Shown here in pieces: positions 9,339 to 19,159 of a stretch of 64,000 nucleotides of DNA; position 1 is the stretch's first letter; each line of letters begins with the position of its first letter. The DNA comes from a candidate division FCPU426 bacterium (lineage in GTDB: Bacteria; Oederibacteriota; Muellerivitia; Muellerivitales; DAHXKG01). A model generated the notes under the pieces. It ran no database searches, had not been told where the DNA came from, and saw nothing but the letters and a program-made list of their open reading frames with translations. Location of the stretch: contig DAHXKG010000008.1 in assembly GCA_027366525.1 (NCBI GenBank), positions 26,556 to 90,555 of the forward strand. The letters are read 5' to 3'. Both the position numbers and the translations under genes were made by a program.

Positions 9339-10316
9339 ATGGGAAAATTTTTTGGAATTTTTGGGATGCTGGGTTGGTTTCTCTTTTATGGAGTAAGTAA
9401 TAGTTGGGCGCAACAAAGCCCAGTTTTAATTTTGCTTCCTAAATTTGCAACGACAGTTGGTCCGAGAATTTTTTTGGGTGAAATTGCAAAAATAAAAGGG
9501 AAAAATACGACCTTAGTAGAACGAATTCGAGGGCTTGAAATAGGCAAAGCGGCCTTCCAAGGGAAACATCGACTGGTTTCGCGACAACAGGTAGAGGAAG
9601 TTTTGAATCAAATGGGATTTTTGGGGGGGCAATTTCAAGTTGTTGGAACGCAAACGCAAGTTCTGACAAAATCCCAACGATTTTCTCCAGATCAGATTCT
9701 TCCTCAATTAAGGAAGTTTGTTTTATCCAAAACCGGTATTGCTTCAAATAATTTGAAAGTGAGCCTTCCTTATCCTGAAAAATCTATTTCAGTGCCTTAT
9801 GGAACAATTGGGGTTCAATTTACGCCGCCAGTTTCAGGATTTTATGATGGAACAGTTTTAGTGGTTGTCAAGCTTCAAGTCGATGGACGAGAATTTAAAA
9901 AGATACCGTTGTGGGTGCGGGTCATGCAAGAAAAACGGGTGGTGGTTGCTTGCCGGAGAATTCCTCCAGGTTCCACCTTAACCCAACAGGATGTTCAAAT
10001 TCAAAAAATGGATGACGAAAAAATTCCACAGCAATCGCTGAGCAAATTAACGGGTGTTATAGGGAAAAAAACCACCGTTTTATTATTGCCAGGACAAGTG
10101 TTGACGATTGATTCGATATTTGATCCTCCCATCATTGTTCCTGGTGAAATCGTTCAAGCCGAAGTGAGTAGTGCTGGAGTTCGGTTGTATGCAACAGTGA
10201 AAGCTTTAGCAGGTGGGAAAATCGGGGATTCTATTTATGTTGAAAATACAGAATCTCATCGTGTTTTTCATGCAACAATTTTAAGTCCGCATTTAGTGAC
10301 GGCAAGAGTCCCGTAG
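9339..10316 (+). CDS. flgA: flagellar P-ring formation chaperone FlgA (SAF domain)
   Basis: Signal peptide present. A C-terminal SAF-like region (GEIVQAEVSSAGVRLYATVKALAGGKIGDSIYVENTESHRVFHATI) is present. Position between flgG and flgH. Confidence 0.75.
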   Translation: MGKFFGIFGMLGWFLFYGVSNSWAQQSPVLILLPKFATTVGPRIFLGEIAKIKGKNTTLVERIRGLEIGKAAFQGKHRLVSRQQVEEVLNQMGFLGGQFQVVGTQTQVLTKSQRFSPDQILPQLRKFVLSKTGIASNNLKVSLPYPEKSISVPYGTIGVQFTPPVSGFYDGTVLVVVKLQVDGREFKKIPLWVRVMQEKRVVVACRRIPPGSTLTQQDVQIQKMDDEKIPQQSLSKLTGVIGKKTTVLLLPGQVLTIDSIFDPPIIVPGEIVQAEVSSAGVRLYATVKALAGGKIGDSIYVENTESHRVFHATILSPHLVTARVP

Positions 10317-10329
10317 AGTAGGAGATAAA

Positions 10330-10944
10330 ATGAAAAAAAATATAGTTTTAATCGTATTAATACTGGCTTGGGGGCCGGGTTTGCTATTGGCCAATTCATT
10401 ATACCCCCAGTATCCTCAGGCAGGCGATGGGTCAATTTATACAGAAGTTCGGGCACATCGCGTGGGAGATTTAATTACCATTTTAATTGAAGAAACCAAT
10501 GCGGCAACGAATGCGGCAAGTAGTAATACTCAAAAAAATGCCAATGTTGCTGTGGGAGCGGGGTTTGGAATCTGGGGTCAAAGTAATTTTATACCTACGA
10601 ATACGAATAATGAATTAGGGGTAGGGGGGGAAGATTATAATGCAGGGCAGGGCACATCCAATCAAAGTACGACGGTTACAGGTGAAATGACGGCTAAAAT
10701 TACTGAAGTTTTGCCTGATGGAAATTTTTTAATTCACGGGACACGCGATGTAGAGGTAAATAAAGATATTCAACTTATGCAGGTTACGGGGGAAATTCGC
10801 CCTCAAGATATTGGCGCCGATAACACGATTCTGTCTTCAAGAATTGCCAATGCGAGAATTATTATTACTGGAAAAGGTCCGGATGCTGAAGTGGCACAAC
10901 CGGGAATACTGACCCGTATTTTCAGCTGGTTAGGTTTGTTTTAA
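10330..10944 (+). CDS. flgH: flagellar L-ring protein FlgH
   Basis: Signal peptide present. Motifs LYTEVRAHRVGDLITILIEE and GEIRPQDIGADNTILSSRIANARI match FlgH. Confidence 0.85.
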   Translation: MKKNIVLIVLILAWGPGLLLANSLYPQYPQAGDGSIYTEVRAHRVGDLITILIEETNAATNAASSNTQKNANVAVGAGFGIWGQSNFIPTNTNNELGVGGEDYNAGQGTSNQSTTVTGEMTAKITEVLPDGNFLIHGTRDVEVNKDIQLMQVTGEIRPQDIGADNTILSSRIANARIIITGKGPDAEVAQPGILTRIFSWLGLF

Positions 10945-12074
10945 TGCTAAGGAGCCGCGTATCTATGAAAAAAATTTTGTTTCTAATGATCAGTGTCGTG
11001 ATAATGACGGGGTTAACGAGAGCTCGTGCGGCTCAAGTTAGATTGAGTACAATTGCTCAGATTAAAGGAGCTCAAGATAATCAGTTGGTGGGTTATGGAT
11101 TGGTTGTTGGGTTACAACGTACAGGAGATACGCAATTAATGTATCCAACCTTAGAAAGCATTAGTAATATGCTTTCGCGATTTGGAGTAACGGTTAGTCC
11201 TGAAGAATTAAAAACTGAAAATGTTGCATCGGTTATGGTGACAGCACTTCTCCCTCCCATGTTGCATACCGGAACAAAAATTGATGTTACGGTTTCTGCG
11301 ATTGGGGATGCCATGAGCTTAAAGGGAGGAACGCTTTTAATGACGCCTTTAGAAGGACCTGATGGAGTGGTGTATGCGGTAGCTCAAGGATCGCTTTTAA
11401 CTTCAGGGTACAGCCACGACTCAAATGAATTTCCCATTGTTCAGTTTAATGAAACTAACGTAGGACGGATCCCTGATGGTGGTATTGTAGTGCGCTCAGT
11501 GCCAGCTTCTTTTGATGTAAACAACCAAATTGCGGTGTTATTGGACCAACCCGGATTTAGTCAAGCCTCCATTGTCGAGCAATCGATCAATAGACAATTT
11601 GGAGCTAATACGGCTAAAGCAGTGGATGGGGATGAAATAGATGTACAAGTTCCATATAATTATCAGAATAACATTGTTGATTTTATTGCGGCTGTTAAAA
11701 ATATTCCGGTTTTTACGGACTCTCCAGCTAACCGGGTGGTTGTTGATGAACGCACGGGGACCATTGTTATTGGTGCCGATGTTCAGGTCGATCCAGTGGC
11801 GATTGCTCATGGCAATCTTCGACTGGTTATTCAAAAAACGACACAACTTACGCATACCGCTTATTTTGGTTATAATCAACTTTCTAATACAACCACATTG
11901 AAAGTAACCAATACGGGGAAAAAAGGCAATTTAATTGTTTTGCCGGCCGGAACGAATATTGTTAATATTGTCAATGCCATTAATGCGGTGGGGGGAACTC
12001 CCCAGGATGTTATTGCTATTTTAGAGGCGATTAAAGCTGCCGGAGCACTTCATGCTCAACTTAAAATTATTTAA
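10944..12074 (+). CDS. flgI: flagellar P-ring protein FlgI
   Basis: RLSTIAQIKGAQDNQLVGYGLVVGLQRTGD is the canonical FlgI N-terminus. The start overlaps the flgH stop. Confidence 0.9.
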   Translation: MLRSRVSMKKILFLMISVVIMTGLTRARAAQVRLSTIAQIKGAQDNQLVGYGLVVGLQRTGDTQLMYPTLESISNMLSRFGVTVSPEELKTENVASVMVTALLPPMLHTGTKIDVTVSAIGDAMSLKGGTLLMTPLEGPDGVVYAVAQGSLLTSGYSHDSNEFPIVQFNETNVGRIPDGGIVVRSVPASFDVNNQIAVLLDQPGFSQASIVEQSINRQFGANTAKAVDGDEIDVQVPYNYQNNIVDFIAAVKNIPVFTDSPANRVVVDERTGTIVIGADVQVDPVAIAHGNLRLVIQKTTQLTHTAYFGYNQLSNTTTLKVTNTGKKGNLIVLPAGTNIVNIVNAINAVGGTPQDVIAILEAIKAAGALHAQLKII

Positions 12075-12090
12075 GCGTTAAGGAGATGAA

Positions 12091-12558
12091 ATGAATTCCG
12101 CTTTGAATGCAATTTCTTCTGTGGTGACCGGTGGACTTCCGGTATGGATGAGCGCGGCTTCGCCAACAGAGCTAAAGGGTATGTTTAATGCCAATCCTCA
12201 GCTATTAGCTTCGGCTGAATCCTCATTGACTTCTTCACCCGTGGCTCCCCAGCTTTTAAATAGCAAGGGACTTCCAGCTTTTCAGGCGCTGAGTCCTTCT
12301 CAACATTATTCAGATCAAGAACTCAGAAAAGTTTCACGGGAGTTTGAAGCCGTTTTTATTCGAATGATGTTTAAAGTGATGCGTCAGTCGGTTCCGCCCA
12401 ATCCTTTATTCGGGAAGCAATTGAGTATGAGTTTTTTCAATTCAATGTATGATTCTGATCTTTCCACCGAATTGTCTCACGATAGCGGGTTTGGAATTTC
12501 AAAAATGATTTATTCGCAATTAAAAACCAATGTTGAGAATCAGCAGAAAATTGTATGA
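12091..12558 (+). CDS. flgJ: FlgJ-like rod-binding protein (rod-binding domain only, no muramidase domain)
   Basis: FEAVFIRMMFKVMRQS is the Rod_binding motif. Only 155 aa long. Position after flgI. Confidence 0.75.
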   Translation: MNSALNAISSVVTGGLPVWMSAASPTELKGMFNANPQLLASAESSLTSSPVAPQLLNSKGLPAFQALSPSQHYSDQELRKVSREFEAVFIRMMFKVMRQSVPPNPLFGKQLSMSFFNSMYDSDLSTELSHDSGFGISKMIYSQLKTNVENQQKIV

Positions 12559-12998
12559 GTTGGAAGAATTGTTCTCGCTGTGGAAAAGCTTATAATTGGA
12601 TTCCCGGCAATCGTGAACTGTGTACAGCATGTATTAAGCTTGAAGAAGATAATTTTAAAAAGGTTTTTGATTTTTTAACTTCGAATCCTGCCGCAACAGC
12701 ACAAAAAATTTCCCAAGGTACCGGTGTTGAACTCAAAGATATTTATCGGTTTGTTCGGGAAAATCGACTTCGGCTGGTTAAAACCGATGCACTCCTTCGT
12801 TGTGAAAGTTGTGGCGTACCAATTTCAAAGGGTAAACTATGTGACAAGTGTATGAAAAACTTGGAAGATGAAATAAAAAAAGAACAAGACAAATATAGAA
12901 AAAATCATAATATTCCAAGTAATTCTGATAGAAATTATCGAATTCGTCGAAATAACCAAACCGGTAGCATTGAACGAGAGCGAAGAAAAAATAAGTAA
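12555..12998 (+). CDS. zinc-ribbon flagellar operon protein (YvyF-like)
   Basis: Two Cys-x2-Cys pairs (CSRCG...CTAC and CESCG...CDKC). It sits directly upstream of flgM-flgN-flgK, as yvyF does in Bacillus. The start overlaps flgJ by 4 nt. Confidence 0.55.
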   Translation: MSWKNCSRCGKAYNWIPGNRELCTACIKLEEDNFKKVFDFLTSNPAATAQKISQGTGVELKDIYRFVRENRLRLVKTDALLRCESCGVPISKGKLCDKCMKNLEDEIKKEQDKYRKNHNIPSNSDRNYRIRRNNQTGSIERERRKNK

Positions 12999-13074
12999 AT
13001 TGCACTAATTTTATTAAAGTTTTGAATATTCAAGGCGTTAGAGCTTGTAAGAAATTAATAATTGAGGTGCACAT

Positions 13075-13368
13075 ATGCGTATTAATGGGTTTCAAAATAT
13101 TCCTTCCGTTTTACAAACATTTGAAACTAAAGAACTCTCACAAGCTTCTACCCCGGCGTCGTCATCCAACACATCGGTCACATTAAGTCTATTTGCCGAA
13201 ACATTGAAGCAACTCCAGCGAGAAGCTGTTCAACAGTCAACAACCCACCAAACTAAAATTCAGCAAATGGCTCATCAAATTGAAACTGGAACCTTTCAAA
13301 TGCAATACGACAAGCTGGCCCAGCAATTGGATCAATTTCAATTATTTAATTGGGAGAATCCAGCATGA
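13075..13368 (+). CDS. flgM: anti-sigma-28 factor FlgM
   Basis: 97-aa protein. The C-terminus KIQQMAHQIETGTFQMQYDKLAQQL matches the FlgM sigma-28-binding region. Position upstream of flgN-flgK. Confidence 0.75.
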   Translation: MRINGFQNIPSVLQTFETKELSQASTPASSSNTSVTLSLFAETLKQLQREAVQQSTTHQTKIQQMAHQIETGTFQMQYDKLAQQLDQFQLFNWENPA

Positions 13369-13859
13369 CTGAGGCAAGCCACCGCCTATTTATGATTTTG
13401 AACGAGGAAAGGGAGCATTATGAGCTTTTATGTTTGTTGGCTGAAGAACAGAAGAAAATTTTAATTGCTGGACAAGTTGAAAAATTAACAGCCAATGTTC
13501 AATTGCAAGAAAAAGAAATTTTCAAAATCACACCATTAGCTCAAGAACGGAAAGAAATTTTGGATCGAATCGCAAAGCAACTTAAAAAAAGTAATTTTGC
13601 ACTTGAAAACTGCATGACGGATGAATGGGAAGAATCTTCATCGCAATTGAAGGAAGCCATACGAATGCTTGTTCAGCAGGTCCGACGTCTAGAAGTTTTG
13701 AATCGCGGCAATGAAAAATTGTTAAAAAATGCATTAGGGTATGTCCAGTTTACTTTGAAAGTGCTAAATGCCACTTCTTCAAAAGATCCAGTTCAATTGA
13801 AGGAAGCTTTACCGGCCTTTTCAAAGCCGTCTTCTAAATTTGTGAATCAAGTCGTTTAA
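13350..13859 (+). CDS. flgN: flagellar export chaperone FlgN
   Basis: 169-aa coiled-coil acidic protein between flgM and flgK. Confidence 0.65.
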   Translation: MGESSMTEASHRLFMILNEEREHYELLCLLAEEQKKILIAGQVEKLTANVQLQEKEIFKITPLAQERKEILDRIAKQLKKSNFALENCMTDEWEESSSQLKEAIRMLVQQVRRLEVLNRGNEKLLKNALGYVQFTLKVLNATSSKDPVQLKEALPAFSKPSSKFVNQVV

Positions 13860-13869
13860 GGAGGCTCAC

Positions 13870-16056
13870 GTGATTGGAAGTCTTTTGGGTTATGAAACCT
13901 CACTCAATGGAATGTATGTTAATCAGTTAAATATGGATACTGCGGCCTCCAATTTGGCTCAGAATTATATTGATTCCAATGGATATGTAATGTCGAGCTT
14001 ACAGATTGTCAATACGACGGGGGGGCCTTCTATTTTAGTCAATGAACCGGGTGGCATCTCCGCGGTAGGAACCGGTCCGATAGTTGAAAGTATAACAAGA
14101 TCTCGAAGTGCATTTCTAGATTCTCAAATTCAGAGTGAAAGCTCAATCGTTGGTATGCAGGAAGTTCTAAATAGTACCCTTAACCAAATCAATACAGTCT
14201 TAAATGGGTCAACGACCATTAATTCATCTTTGAATCAATTGGCAACAAGTTTCTCGACGTTAGCGGCGAATCCTACCAATGCGGCGGATTTACAAACGGT
14301 GGTTAATAATGGAGTAAGTTTTGCAAATTTAGCTAATAATCTTTATGATCAATTGCAAAATTTACAGAATGGCATCAATACGCAAGTTGGATCAACAGTT
14401 ACCCAAATTAATGGTTATTTACAGCAGTTGAATTCGATTAATAAGCAACTTTTAGCAAATCCTGGAACCGATGTAAACAATTTATTGGATGCGCGTGATT
14501 ATACCATTACGCTTTTATCTCGACTTGTTAATATTCAGGTAAGTTATGGCGTTCAAGGTACCGCTACGGTTTGGCTTCAAGGGCTACCACTGGTTAATTC
14601 TGCAGGTGCAGCTATTTTGAGTACTAATTTGATAGACGGTCACAATGATCAATTAGTGGCTGTTCAATATCAAACGCCGCAAGGATCGATAGATCCTCAA
14701 ACAGTTAATTCGCTCATTACGGGAGGAGTTTTGGGAGGCGAACTTCAATCAATGGGGCCGATTATTGATTCCTATGAAACAGCTTTAAATCAAGTGGTCA
14801 ACTCAGTGATTACAGTGACGAATATTCTTACAAGTGCTGGATACGCGGCTTCGAATGGGACGACGACGGGTATTAATTTCTTTACAGGAACTTCAGCACT
14901 AAATATTAATGTCAATGCAACTTTAATTGCTAATCCGTCATTGTTGGGCGTTTCAAGTCAATATGGAGTTCCAGCGAATGGACAAATTGCTGGATTTTTA
15001 GGGAATTTACCCAATTTGTTAGCCAATAATTATATGGTTAGTCAACCCCAGATGAATTCTGTATTTGGAAATATTGATCCAACCCAACCCATGAATTCAA
15101 CTGCCGCGACGGCCTTAAATGGCACAGGAAGCAATTCCACAAATTTTAATGGAACTATTACTCCCGGAACCTTTACGATTGATGGCACGACTATCAATTT
15201 TACGGCGAATGAAAGTCTTCAGACGATTATTAATCAGATCAATTCGCTAGTGCCAAATGTGGATGCGGTGTTTAACTATACGCAGCAAAAAATATATATT
15301 TTATCCGCACAACCGGTGGTTATGAACGATGGAACAGGGGATTTTAAAGCGGGGATTTCATATTTACAAAATGTTTTGACGAGTAGTTTTCAGATGAATA
15401 ATGGAGTAACAACCGCGGATCCAGCCATTAACTATTTTACGCCGATGAATACGCCGTATAATACGCAAGCATTTCAAGTCACCCCATCGTCCACAGGAAT
15501 CTTTACGATAAATGGAATTACGTTCACATTCTCTAATACGCAATCGTTACAACAACTCTTGGGAAATATTTCAGCGGGTTTGGGTGCAGGAGTTGCTGCA
15601 ACGTTTAATCCCTCGGCGGAAACCATTACGATTTATAATCCGAATACGCCGATGACCGTATCAGATACCGTGGGCAATTTTAGTCAATTCACGGGGTTAA
15701 ATGCCAATATTAGCGCGGGCAATGCATCGTCAGCACTGCTACAACAAGCTACCGACGCCTCTAATCAAGCTACAATGAATTTTCAAAATTCATCCAATGA
15801 ATTATCTCAATTGAATACCGCACAAGCCAATATTGCGGCAGTGAGTTTTCCCAATACGTCTGGATCAGGTTCCGCTACGATGGGGCCCGGGGTGCCCTAC
15901 ACAAGTATTGAAGCCGGTGCAATGCAGGATTTGATCGCATATAACGCGTCACTTGAAATGATACAAATTTTGGATCAGATGTATGCTAATTTAATTAATG
16001 CTGTTAGTGGCGGAACGATGGCGATTAGTCTTCCTGGAAAATTTCCAGCAGTTTGA
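13870..16056 (+). CDS. flgK: flagellar hook-associated protein 1 FlgK
   Basis: N-terminal flagellar rod/hook family motif (NGMYVNQLNMDTAASNLAQNYIDSNGY). 728 aa. The C-terminal helical domain is conserved. Confidence 0.85.
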   Translation: MIGSLLGYETSLNGMYVNQLNMDTAASNLAQNYIDSNGYVMSSLQIVNTTGGPSILVNEPGGISAVGTGPIVESITRSRSAFLDSQIQSESSIVGMQEVLNSTLNQINTVLNGSTTINSSLNQLATSFSTLAANPTNAADLQTVVNNGVSFANLANNLYDQLQNLQNGINTQVGSTVTQINGYLQQLNSINKQLLANPGTDVNNLLDARDYTITLLSRLVNIQVSYGVQGTATVWLQGLPLVNSAGAAILSTNLIDGHNDQLVAVQYQTPQGSIDPQTVNSLITGGVLGGELQSMGPIIDSYETALNQVVNSVITVTNILTSAGYAASNGTTTGINFFTGTSALNINVNATLIANPSLLGVSSQYGVPANGQIAGFLGNLPNLLANNYMVSQPQMNSVFGNIDPTQPMNSTAATALNGTGSNSTNFNGTITPGTFTIDGTTINFTANESLQTIINQINSLVPNVDAVFNYTQQKIYILSAQPVVMNDGTGDFKAGISYLQNVLTSSFQMNNGVTTADPAINYFTPMNTPYNTQAFQVTPSSTGIFTINGITFTFSNTQSLQQLLGNISAGLGAGVAATFNPSAETITIYNPNTPMTVSDTVGNFSQFTGLNANISAGNASSALLQQATDASNQATMNFQNSSNELSQLNTAQANIAAVSFPNTSGSGSATMGPGVPYTSIEAGAMQDLIAYNASLEMIQILDQMYANLINAVSGGTMAISLPGKFPAV

Positions 16057-16077
16057 AAAATTTCAAAAGAGGTTTTT

Positions 16078-18672
16078 TTGGATAACGTTACTAATATTTT
16101 AAATCAATTAAGTCACAGTTCAAAAACAACAATAATGGATTTATTGTCTGGGAAAAATTTGCCCAGTTCTACTTCCTCAAACAGTGAAAATTCCAATTTT
16201 CAGAAAGTATTAAAGGAATTATTAAGTTCAGCGGCCACGATACCCAATAATGAATCTTCGAGTTCTAATGTAGCTAGTCAAGTTTCAACTAGCCTTTTTG
16301 AAGAATCACTCACGCTACAAAATAATACCCCAACGCCAACAACGTTAAATACCCAATCCACGATATCAAGTTTGTCTTTAAATAGTCCCTCGACAAATAG
16401 CTCCTCGACAATTTTGGAATCTTCTAGTTTGCTTTTAAATCTGTTGTCGACTTTGCTGACAGTTAATTCCCAAAATAATGTTTCTCCCAATACCAGTGCA
16501 ACAGGTTTATCAAATTCTGAAAATAATATCGGAAATTTATTGAATTATCTTCAGAAGACGATGAATCAATTTTTAAATTTATTGTCAGATATTCAAACGC
16601 TGCCCATGTCTCAAATCCAAGCCACGTTGGAACAGATGACCCATCTCCAAGGTTCATCCGCCTCCATTACAACTTTTCTTAATAATTTACAATCTGATTT
16701 AAAAAATATATCCAAGCAAACGACACAAACGCCTAAACAAATTATGGGGAATGTGACCTTTCAACAAGTGGTTTTTCAAGCTATTTTGATTCAGGGAGTA
16801 GAACAATCAAATAATACTCAATCTTCGACAAGCAAGACTTTTTCAACATCGTCCACAATGGTTTTCTCAGGGATGATAAGTGTTGAGAGTTTAGATTTCG
16901 GGGTATTATTAAATCAAACGAATGGATCTACTCCGGTTAATAAGGGGATGACGGGTTCAGCGAGTACGCTACTTCAGTCAACCAATCCAAATTTACTATC
17001 AAACTCAGGCAAAAATTTGGGTGATTTGATTCAATTATTAGCTCAATCCAATGTTTCCCAAGCAATTTTAGAAATTGCAGTTCAAACTTGGAATGCGAGT
17101 GCTCAAATGAATTCAATGACCAATAAAGATTCATCCATACCCAACTCGCTATCCATTTCTTCCGCGAGTAGCATTAATGTTAATGAGAATTCTAAAAGCT
17201 TGGTTCGGGAAATTTTGAATTCCACACAAGGATCAAACTTAAAAACGAATGAGCTTTCTTCCAATTCAACTGTAATTACACCATCGTCGGTTCAAAATCC
17301 AACGCAAGAACAATTGGCTTCAAGTTTTAAAACTATTTTGACGGAACTAACCAGTTTAAGTCAAAAAATGGCCGACCAGACCCTCACTGCTTCTGAAGCA
17401 TTGCAACAGCTGCGCCCCATTATTGAAACTTTAAGTCATTTGGGAATTCAATTGAACAATTCCATTACGCCCGCGAATTTAATGAGTGAGGTTCAAACGA
17501 TTACTGAATTGGTAAAAAATTCGATTAATAGTATTAATATGACGAACTCCGTAAACACGAATTTGAAATCTTCCACCCTGCCGCTGAATCAGGAGAACAA
17601 GACTACGATATCCCTGACTGCGTCAGACCCGTCATCGACCCCAAACTTGAAATCTTCCACCCTGCCGCTGAATCAGGGGAACAATAGTACAATATCCCTG
17701 ACTGCGTCAGATCCGCCATCGACCCCAAATTTGAAGTCTTCCACCCTGCCGCTGAATCAAGAGAGCAACAGTACGCTTGCCATGAGTGTTCCAACTCCTT
17801 CATCCACGACTAATTTGAAACCCAGTATGGAAGTGCAAAACCTATCAGAAAACACTTCTAATACAGGACTTGAAACAGTTTATCCATTAAACGTATCAAA
17901 ATTGGTCGCTAATTCAGGATCCGATAAATTGAGTTCCAATAATCAAGAACTCTCGCTTACGACAGGGATCACGCTCAATGAATCTACGTTAGGTGTTGCT
18001 CCTAAAACCACATCCAGCACTTCAAATACACCAACAAACTTACTAAATCAAAATACTAATAAGGTGATTGAGCCGAGCCCTGTTGCTGAAAACGGAAAAT
18101 TAGTTTCTTCTGGTGCTAAAACAATATTAGGATCTGGGCATATAACTCCAAATATGGCTGAATCGGCCGCATCGTTGACCGCGGGATCGACAGCAGTTTT
18201 GGGTAACAATGAAAGTTTAGGTACTCTAAATCCTGCTATCTTGTCAACAATGATTATCAACCAAATTAGCACTCAAGTTTCCAGTCAATTACAGCAGTTA
18301 CATGTTCAATCACAGATTAACTTCCAGCTAATTCCTGAAAATTTGGGTAAGGTGGCTGTTCAACTGGTTTTAGTCGATCAGACTGTTTCCGCTAATATTG
18401 TAGTGACTAATGCGGATGTGCGCGATCTCCTGCAGCACCATCTGGTGGAGTTGAACTCAGCGCTAATTCAATCTGGCCTTCAAATCAGCAATCTTCAAGT
18501 TCATGTACAAACTGGCTCCTCGAATCTTTTGGGGCAATATTATCAATACCAACAAGAGTCGACGAAAAACAAAAAGTTGTCAACATTATTATCTGGTGGT
18601 GGTATTATATCAATGACTTCTGAAGTTGCGGGAATAGTTTATGATCAAGGAGCAGTAAATATATTGGCTTAA
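16078..18672 (+). CDS. fliK: flagellar hook-length control protein FliK (Ser/Thr-rich, with internal 27-aa tandem repeats)
   Basis: The C-terminal Flg_hook domain is present (INFQLIPENLGKVAVQLVLVDQTVSANIVVTNADVRDLLQHHLVELNSALIQSGLQISNLQVHVQ). The body is long, low-complexity and S/T/N-rich. TTG start. Confidence 0.8.
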   Translation: MDNVTNILNQLSHSSKTTIMDLLSGKNLPSSTSSNSENSNFQKVLKELLSSAATIPNNESSSSNVASQVSTSLFEESLTLQNNTPTPTTLNTQSTISSLSLNSPSTNSSSTILESSSLLLNLLSTLLTVNSQNNVSPNTSATGLSNSENNIGNLLNYLQKTMNQFLNLLSDIQTLPMSQIQATLEQMTHLQGSSASITTFLNNLQSDLKNISKQTTQTPKQIMGNVTFQQVVFQAILIQGVEQSNNTQSSTSKTFSTSSTMVFSGMISVESLDFGVLLNQTNGSTPVNKGMTGSASTLLQSTNPNLLSNSGKNLGDLIQLLAQSNVSQAILEIAVQTWNASAQMNSMTNKDSSIPNSLSISSASSINVNENSKSLVREILNSTQGSNLKTNELSSNSTVITPSSVQNPTQEQLASSFKTILTELTSLSQKMADQTLTASEALQQLRPIIETLSHLGIQLNNSITPANLMSEVQTITELVKNSINSINMTNSVNTNLKSSTLPLNQENKTTISLTASDPSSTPNLKSSTLPLNQGNNSTISLTASDPPSTPNLKSSTLPLNQESNSTLAMSVPTPSSTTNLKPSMEVQNLSENTSNTGLETVYPLNVSKLVANSGSDKLSSNNQELSLTTGITLNESTLGVAPKTTSSTSNTPTNLLNQNTNKVIEPSPVAENGKLVSSGAKTILGSGHITPNMAESAASLTAGSTAVLGNNESLGTLNPAILSTMIINQISTQVSSQLQQLHVQSQINFQLIPENLGKVAVQLVLVDQTVSANIVVTNADVRDLLQHHLVELNSALIQSGLQISNLQVHVQTGSSNLLGQYYQYQQESTKNKKLSTLLSGGGIISMTSEVAGIVYDQGAVNILA
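17560..17802 (+). repeat. three tandem copies of an 81-nt repeat inside fliK (NLKSSTLPLNQ-E/G-N-x-TTISLTASDPSSTP)
   Basis: Near-identical 81-nt units are read directly in the sequence. The protein-level repeats are visible in the ORF translation. Confidence 0.9.
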
Positions 18673-18735
18673 AGTTAAAGTTTTTGAAGAATATGACGTT
18701 AGGTTTATCAGTAAATCTGAAGAAAGAGGTGGCTT

Positions 18736-19143
18736 ATGATTTCAGGCGTTAATGGAAGCAATAGTAATATTGTTAATATGCCGGCAACGAGTTCACAAAC
18801 AACTGCGTCGGATATTGGTTCAGAACAAGCATTTTTGCAATTGCTCATTACTCAATTGAAAAATCAAGATCCAACTAATCCAGCCGATCCAACTCAATTC
18901 GTTGCTGAATTAGCTCAGTTTTCAAGTTTAGAGCAAATGACGAATATGAACTCAAATATCCAATCGTTGGAACAAATGTCGGTAGTGGGCTTAATTGGGA
19001 AAACTGCTACGGTAGCAGATTCAAGTGCACCAGGCGGATTTGTAACCGGAACCATCAATGGAATTACGTACTATGCGAATGGTCCAGCAGTCAATATTAA
19101 CGGCCAGGATTATGCATTTAGTGCAGTACAAAACATTCAATGA
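18736..19143 (+). CDS. flgD: flagellar hook assembly/capping protein FlgD
   Basis: EQAFLQLLITQLKNQDPTNPADPTQFVAELAQFSSLEQM is the canonical FlgD N-terminal motif. Confidence 0.9.
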   Translation: MISGVNGSNSNIVNMPATSSQTTASDIGSEQAFLQLLITQLKNQDPTNPADPTQFVAELAQFSSLEQMTNMNSNIQSLEQMSVVGLIGKTATVADSSAPGGFVTGTINGITYYANGPAVNINGQDYAFSAVQNIQ

Positions 19144-19159
19144 TCTAGGGGAGTAATCA

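Noticed and set aside
12999-13074. Possible sigma-28 promoter upstream of flgM (TAAAG ... GCGTTAGA)
   Set aside because: The -35-like TAAAGTTT is present, but the -10 region is a poor match to GCCGATAA. Too weak to call by eye.
16078-18672. Calling the 864-aa gene after flgK as flgL
   Set aside because: It has no flagellin-type N- or C-terminal helices. Its C-terminus is a clear FliK Flg_hook domain, so it is called fliK and flgL is regarded as absent from this window.
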